IMG/VR virus record: IMGVR_UViG_3300033571_009404
Location: 246,115-310,114 of that record
Reading direction: 5' to 3' (one strand)
DNA length: 64,000 bases
Both the position numbers and the translations under genes were made by a program. The notes beneath the pieces were generated by a model that ran no database searches, was not told the origin of the DNA, and saw only the letters and a list, made by a program, of their open reading frames with translations. Shown piece after piece: positions 58,985 to 64,000 of this stretch. Each line of letters begins with the position of its first letter. Positions within the stretch are counted from its first letter, which is position 1.

Positions 58985-59126
58985 GTAGGTGATGTGTATT
59001 CCAAATAATCGAGAATACATATCACCTACTTGATTATAGATAGAAATATCTGTAGCGATGTCCACTTCTCCTCTTAATCTAAGAGCAGGGTAGGCTTACG
59101 CTTATCTTGCTCTTAGATTAGGGGGA
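58985..59126 (+). ncRNA. Candidate structured RNA or leader: two long hairpins with G-U wobbles
   Basis: 17-bp stem at 58985-59029 (one G-U) and about 27-bp stem at 59069-59126 (five G-U, no other mismatch). Confidence 0.4.
59003..59025 (+). promoter_or_regulatory. Putative early promoter AAATA-N10-CATATCAC inside an inverted repeat
   Basis: Matches the spacing of the other three copies. Confidence 0.5.
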
Positions 59127-59166
59127 TATATACCCTATCTTTTCTTTTTGCCCTCAGGAGATAACC

Positions 59167-59313
59167 ATGGACCTCATCTATGACTTCATCAAAGAAAACC
59201 CGGTCTTAGCCGTACTGTCGTACTGGACGATCGCTGGTATCGCGTTTGCGATCTGGGCGATCAAGTGCACACGTCGAGAAGACAACGAAAAGAAGAAACA
59301 CACCGAAGGCTAA
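59167..59313 (+). CDS. Small single-TM protein (48 aa, not in the ORF track)
   Basis: SD CAGGAG; MDLIYDFIKENPVLAVLSYWTIAGIAFAIWAIKC... Confidence 0.6.
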   Translation: MDLIYDFIKENPVLAVLSYWTIAGIAFAIWAIKCTRREDNEKKKHTEG

Positions 59314-59369
59314 AAAGCCTATCTACAATAATTGCAGTATCTATTTATCCTAACTAATGGAGAATCACC

Positions 59370-59726
59370 ATGAAAGCAATCCACAACTTCTACATCTACT
59401 CCACCGTCATTTCCCTGGTGGCAATTCAACTGGCCGGCGTGTACTACAACAGCAAGCTCTACGCTGAAGTGCATGCATTCGTTGCCAAGTGGAACATCTT
59501 GGCTCATCCCTCCCACTACAAGAAGGTCTACACGTCGTACTCCATCGTCGGCTGGACGATCCTCTCGTTCATCCCGTTCATCAACCTCTTAGCAGCACTG
59601 TTTGTACCCTGCTGGTTCTACGTCACCTACAGCACGGAGAAAGACCGGATGTCGGGTATCGAACTCGGTACCGCTCATGACATCCGTCTGTCCGCCCTTC
59701 TCGAAGGACTGGATCAACCCGCCTAA
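59370..59726 (+). CDS. Membrane protein (about 3 TM)
   Basis: SD GGAG; LSFIPFINLL-type hydrophobic hairpin. Confidence 0.65.
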   Translation: MKAIHNFYIYSTVISLVAIQLAGVYYNSKLYAEVHAFVAKWNILAHPSHYKKVYTSYSIVGWTILSFIPFINLLAALFVPCWFYVTYSTEKDRMSGIELGTAHDIRLSALLEGLDQPA

Positions 59727-59747
59727 ACCATAAGAAAGGATTTACAT

Positions 59748-60044
59748 ATGTTCGATTTCTTATGGACTAGCTTTTTGGGATGCGTCGTTATCGCAGCGTC
59801 CATTGATGCACGGCAGCATCATTTGGTCAATCGCTTCGATGGACGCATCGACAAGAAGTTACTGCGTCAAGCCGATAACCCCATGATTGATTCGATGGAA
59901 TGCAATTGTATTTTCGTGTTGTTCTGTCAATACTTTCCTGTGTGGAATATCATTTACTCGTGGAAGCGTTTGACGCGGGTAAAGCTGAAACTCAAACGCT
60001 ATCAACGCATGTTGGATGATATCGACATGTCTAATCGAAACTAA
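59748..60044 (+). CDS. Membrane protein (2 TM)
   Basis: SD AAAGGA; FCQYFPVWNII resembles the previous gene's FIPFINL segment. Confidence 0.6.
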   Translation: MFDFLWTSFLGCVVIAASIDARQHHLVNRFDGRIDKKLLRQADNPMIDSMECNCIFVLFCQYFPVWNIIYSWKRLTRVKLKLKRYQRMLDDIDMSNRN

Positions 60045-60059
60045 ATAAGAGGTGTAATT

Positions 60060-60836
60060 ATGTTCCAAGAAGAAACTACCTCGCATCTGGTAGAGACCAT
60101 GATGCGTCTGAACAAGTCGTCGCCCAAGTACGTACAGTTGGCGATGCAAACCATCGTAGCAGCCATCACGACGGTCTTGAACACGACCGGCGTCTATGAG
60201 GTCAAGGTGCGTGAGACCGAGGATGGTGATGAGATTCTGCGCTTGAAGTTTGAGCAGCTCCTCACCACCAGTAATTACGATTACCCGGCACTGGTGTTGA
60301 CGTATGCTGTCGAGGAAAATCGCCCCGGTCAGTCACGTGAAGCAAGGGCATTCCATGGCACTCAGATCTTCCCAGTCTTCATGGTCAAGGAAGCTTGCGC
60401 GACGTTGTTCCACCGCATGCTCTTGGCCGAAGAAGGTTACCATCCTCTGGCCAAGAAGGTGTGCAAGGAATTCAACCAGCACACCGACTACGACGATGAC
60501 AAGGTGATCGATGCCTTGGGGAACTACACCAAAGAGTTCCTGAAGTATAACACCTCGTCCTGGGGTCGTCATCTGGTGCTGTTCAAGAGTCCTGAAGCTT
60601 GGGACCTTCTCTTCAACCGGATCTTCGACGATGAAAGTCTCTTCGGTACACTGCATACCGAGAACAAGAGCGAAGACAGCTACGAGTTCATCGTCGAGTT
60701 CCCCAGCGAGCTGTACTTCAACGTCTACATCAAGCCGTTGCTGGAAAGCAAAGTCCAATGGGACGTCGTCGACCCGCATTTCGCAGATGCGATGGACCAA
60801 GCAGCAGTCGAAGCTCAAAAGGAAGAAGATGCTTGA
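60060..60836 (+). CDS. Hypothetical protein
   Basis: SD GAGGTG; 258 aa. Confidence 0.65.
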   Translation: MFQEETTSHLVETMMRLNKSSPKYVQLAMQTIVAAITTVLNTTGVYEVKVRETEDGDEILRLKFEQLLTTSNYDYPALVLTYAVEENRPGQSREARAFHGTQIFPVFMVKEACATLFHRMLLAEEGYHPLAKKVCKEFNQHTDYDDDKVIDALGNYTKEFLKYNTSSWGRHLVLFKSPEAWDLLFNRIFDDESLFGTLHTENKSEDSYEFIVEFPSELYFNVYIKPLLESKVQWDVVDPHFADAMDQAAVEAQKEEDA

Positions 60837-60909
60837 ACCTTCCCCGAAAGACCAATCACACGGCTCAGAACGTGTGCGTGATGACCTCTACAAATAAGGA
60901 GTAACACCT

Positions 60910-61254
60910 ATGGCAAAGCAACGTAGCGGCTGGACAGCTGCACAAAAAGAAGACTTCATCAAGTGGCACAACGACCGTATCGCCGCTCTCGGCTATCCGG
61001 ATGAAGTCGTGAAGGAACTGACGCATGCGCGCAACAAGTGGATGCCCAAGACCGTGGAAGCTACCCCCACGATCGGCGACGTCCCCAAGAAACCCAAGAA
61101 GCAGCAGTACGCAACGCAAGGCGGTGGTCTGGCTGAACGTGACGCGTACGGCGATCTGGTCTTCGTGACCGCGCCGCCGCCTGGCCTCGGTCTGGAAGTG
61201 GGTGACTACGTTCCGGAAGACTGGGACTATCAACCGATCCACAAGTTCAACTAA
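60910..61254 (+). CDS. Hypothetical protein
   Basis: SD AAGGAG; codon bias. Confidence 0.65.
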   Translation: MAKQRSGWTAAQKEDFIKWHNDRIAALGYPDEVVKELTHARNKWMPKTVEATPTIGDVPKKPKKQQYATQGGGLAERDAYGDLVFVTAPPPGLGLEVGDYVPEDWDYQPIHKFN

Positions 61255-61289
61255 TTCCCATCACTACCTAATGTGAAAGGATGTAAATC

Positions 61290-61808
61290 ATGAGCATCAA
61301 AATCAAACCGGTCAGTCGTGAAAACCTGATCACCAGTCTGAACATCCATGACTTCGGTCTGACTGTGGAGCAGTTGACCATGCTCCACGCACTGATCAAG
61401 ACTAATCTGTTGCGCGATGGCGTCTACACCGCCCAGTTGCAAAACAAAGATCAGCTGATGATCTCGCTCGACGACAGCCACTGGGCTACTGTCGGCACGC
61501 TGAGGACCGTCATCGTGTCCTTCGGCGAATTCATGCCAGCCATGGATGAAGGTGATGAGGACGGCTGGATGGTCAGTGGTACGCGTTACTTCCCAGCTTA
61601 CGACAACGGTCTTGATGACGCCGTCATGGTCTTCATGGGACGTCTCTTCGCCAACCCCAACACTGTCAACCTGCCCTACGCCAACATCGACTCCTGGTCG
61701 CTGGAAGCTATCGAGAAGACCTACAGTGAACGTCCCGATCTGGTGGCTCAAGCTGAAGAAAACTTCAGCTACAAGATCACCGTTCTGGAAGTCGGCATCC
61801 CAGCCTAA
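61290..61808 (+). CDS. Hypothetical protein
   Basis: SD AAAGGA; codon bias. Confidence 0.65.
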   Translation: MSIKIKPVSRENLITSLNIHDFGLTVEQLTMLHALIKTNLLRDGVYTAQLQNKDQLMISLDDSHWATVGTLRTVIVSFGEFMPAMDEGDEDGWMVSGTRYFPAYDNGLDDAVMVFMGRLFANPNTVNLPYANIDSWSLEAIEKTYSERPDLVAQAEENFSYKITVLEVGIPA

Positions 61809-61835
61809 GCAATTCCAACCAATAGAGGATAAATC

Positions 61836-62672
61836 ATGACCAATAACAAAAAAGCAACACCTATTAACTCAGTCGATGAAGTAAAGTCGACGATTGAGCA
61901 ACAAGTCGACAAATACATCGCTGCAAGTATGGAGGGTACGGTCAAAGGTGGCTTCGTCGCGCAGTTCGACGGTGTCTTCTTCGACATTGCTTCACTCGAC
62001 GTCAATGTCGTCCATCTCCTGATCTCTCTGGAGAAGCGCGGCATGTTGAACCGCAACAAGTTGAAGGAACTCGTCAGTCCCGTTGAACCTAACCGTCGTG
62101 GTGAGATTATCAAGGGGACTTACAAGGACCCCTTCGGTAATGTGAGGGACATTCGTGACCTCGACATCACTGCGATGGCATTGCGTGCCAACAGCCCGGT
62201 TCCTAATTCGTTTGACGCCATGTTGGATAACGTCACGGTACATCATCGGGATATGCAGGATACAGCTGATATTCCGATTAAGCTGATACCGTTCGTTTCC
62301 CGTGAACCTCGCTCAGTGATGGCTCGTTGGGCGCAAGACCATGCGTTAGTTAGTCCGGCTGTTGTTGAAGTGATGAAAGAACGAATGGGCAATGACCGTA
62401 TGCTGGCAATACTGCAGCGTGAAATGGAATCGACTCGACCCATGGATCCGGGTAGCTTCGTCTACCGTAATTACCAAGGTATGCGGGGTGGTTTTGCCGA
62501 TCGCCATAACCTGGATCATGATGGGGATAGCATGACATTCCCTATGCGTGGTGGTGGTCTGTCCAAGGGCGAGCGCAAGCGTCGTAAGAAGTTCTACGCA
62601 AAAGAGATCGCTGAGCAAGAAAAGGAAATCCTGCCCAGTCCTCTGCTGCGCAATCTGATCAAGAAGATCTAA
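61836..62672 (+). CDS. Hypothetical protein with a basic C-terminal tail
   Basis: SD GAGGA; 278 aa. Confidence 0.6.
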   Translation: MTNNKKATPINSVDEVKSTIEQQVDKYIAASMEGTVKGGFVAQFDGVFFDIASLDVNVVHLLISLEKRGMLNRNKLKELVSPVEPNRRGEIIKGTYKDPFGNVRDIRDLDITAMALRANSPVPNSFDAMLDNVTVHHRDMQDTADIPIKLIPFVSREPRSVMARWAQDHALVSPAVVEVMKERMGNDRMLAILQREMESTRPMDPGSFVYRNYQGMRGGFADRHNLDHDGDSMTFPMRGGGLSKGERKRRKKFYAKEIAEQEKEILPSPLLRNLIKKI

Positions 62673-62696
62673 TAATCTCAACGAATAGGGGTATTT

Positions 62697-63605
62697 ATGC
62701 ATCCGACTAAACACACCACTGTCAACATCTTCAACGCCCGCAACGAAGCAATCAGCGGGATTTTCACTCATTACGTCAAAGGTATCACGAACAACGTGCT
62801 CAACAGCATGGTTAACATGGTGTCGCAGACCCTCAGCAAGTATGGGGTGTGTGAGAATACCGATCCGGAGTCCAATGACAACTTCGAGATCAAGTACGAA
62901 CTGGTCTCGTTCGGCGAGGGTATCGATCGTCAAGACTATCCGGTGCTGTCTGTGCTGAGGCATGCCTACGATGATTCGAATGAAGTCGAGCATCACGTGA
63001 CGGCATCCAAGTCGATCTTCCCCATCGACGATGAGAAGCGTGCGATCTACCTGTTCCTCAGTCATCTTCTCGGTATCAAGCAGGTTGAAGATCGTCACAT
63101 CGGCCTCTTCTATACATACTCCGGCAAGGAAATCGCTGAACACTACAAAGAGAACCCTCTGGACAAGGTGTGCGTCTCGGTTTCCAGGACGCAAAACTGG
63201 CGCGAGATGATGGGCTTCATCCAACCAGAAGACAATGGCGTCGAGTGCGCTAACATCTACCTGGACGATGGACGTACCAGCATTCTCATCGTCTATCCAT
63301 CCCGCCAACACATGAACATCGCAGCTCGTCGTGTCGGTCGTGACTGGAGTCGTCACGTGAAAGTCATGGATCGCTGGAATTACATCGATCCGTTCAAGCA
63401 GTACAGTGACGACAAGCTCTGCAATGTGAACAACGTGGTGGACGTTATGCGTTCGCAGTACAACATCAACCAACCTGACGTGAGTAAGATCGAAGCAGTC
63501 CTCAAGGAAGCTTACGTCGACAACAACATGCCAGCAGACCCGCTGACAGCCGTCATCACGGTGAAGTATGCCAAGATGATCATGAAGGCACACGGCATCG
63601 AGTAA
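62697..63605 (+). CDS. Hypothetical protein
   Basis: 302 aa; followed by a terminator. Confidence 0.65.
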   Translation: MHPTKHTTVNIFNARNEAISGIFTHYVKGITNNVLNSMVNMVSQTLSKYGVCENTDPESNDNFEIKYELVSFGEGIDRQDYPVLSVLRHAYDDSNEVEHHVTASKSIFPIDDEKRAIYLFLSHLLGIKQVEDRHIGLFYTYSGKEIAEHYKENPLDKVCVSVSRTQNWREMMGFIQPEDNGVECANIYLDDGRTSILIVYPSRQHMNIAARRVGRDWSRHVKVMDRWNYIDPFKQYSDDKLCNVNNVVDVMRSQYNINQPDVSKIEAVLKEAYVDNNMPADPLTAVITVKYAKMIMKAHGIE

Positions 63606-63609
63606 GAAG

Positions 63610-63634
63610 AGGGGAGGAAACTCTCCTCCCCTTT
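63610..63634 (+). terminator. Terminator hairpin
   Basis: AGGGGAGGA AACTC TCCTCCCCT-TT. Confidence 0.65.
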
Positions 63635-63657
63635 AGTAACAACATAGGAGAATCAAC

Positions 63658-64000
63658 ATGCAAACTCAAAACAATAACCCGGTGCTGCCGGGTAAATTCA
63701 TCGTCAGCATTGACGGCAAGAACCAAAGCTTCACAAGCGAAGACCTGACCACCAAGCTTCTTCTCAACGACGACCATTCGCGCTACTTGGTTCAACAAGC
63801 CAAGAGTCTGTCGGATGGTTTCTACAAGACCGGCGCGCTTGCTGCTACGGTGGTTGTGGGGGAAGATATCCCTTACCTCTACCTGAAGGATAACGTGACG
63901 GCTGAAGTCTTCCTGCGCGTGTTGCGTGAACGTTACCCGCTGCGCTCGCAGAAGGTGGAGTTCGAAACCGTACTGCGCGTGCTGTCCAACCACAACAGCA
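63658..64000 (+). CDS. Hypothetical protein, 3'-truncated by the window
   Basis: SD AGGAG; MQTQNNNPVLPGKF..., open to the window end. Confidence 0.65.
   Translation, partial: MQTQNNNPVLPGKFIVSIDGKNQSFTSEDLTTKLLLNDDHSRYLVQQAKSLSDGFYKTGALAATVVVGEDIPYLYLKDNVTAEVFLRVLRERYPLRSQKVEFETVLRVLSNHNS

Noticed and set aside
62490-62545. NLDHDGDSMT in the 61836 gene, resembling the RNAP catalytic NADFDGD motif
   Set aside because: The protein is only 278 aa and I see no double-psi barrel context; the motif lies just before a low-complexity basic tail. An HHpred search would settle it.
1-64000. tRNA/rRNA genes, integrase or att sites, reverse transcriptase/DGR for the tail paralogs
   Set aside because: No cloverleaf, rRNA-like segment, RT motif or near-identical TR/VR pair was seen by eye. 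This was not tested computationally.
1-64000. Assignment to a named phage or host
   Set aside because: Gene order and composition are compatible with phiKZ-like jumbo phages of Ralstonia/Burkholderia type, but this cannot be established without a database search.

Overview
A 64 kb slice of a phiKZ-like (Chimalliviridae-type) jumbo phage genome; family assignments are from memory, without searches. The left 45 kb is a virion block: a GH19 endolysin, one half of a split family-B DNA polymerase, head/ejection proteins with S-x-E prohead-protease sites, baseplate proteins, about 18 paralogous tail-fibre/tail-tip genes, and an adhesin cassette (gp38-like polyglycine adhesin, S74 chaperone, Hint-domain protein, 2OG-Fe(II) oxygenase). 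The right 19 kb is an early/accessory region of small, often glycine-zipper membrane proteins with an AAATA-N10-YATATHAC promoter-like motif. The standout feature is a 2.4 kb non-coding array at 55431-57851: 68 copies of CAGTAYC alternating with TGAAYC, 67 units, 55 of them exactly 36 nt, with 18+18 nt half-unit symmetry and two variable spacers per unit. It lies directly after a nuclease-less Nop/IS110-C-terminal-domain gene (54270-55373). This fits a TIGR-Tas-type dual-spacer RNA-guided system (TasA-like), with an unusually long array and a protein carrying helical insertions. Other highlights are a SMI1/KNR4 (SUKH) immunity domain in a head protein, a three-member split Zn-finger/glycine-zipper family, a Hint domain lacking His-Asn, and long G-U-wobble hairpins.
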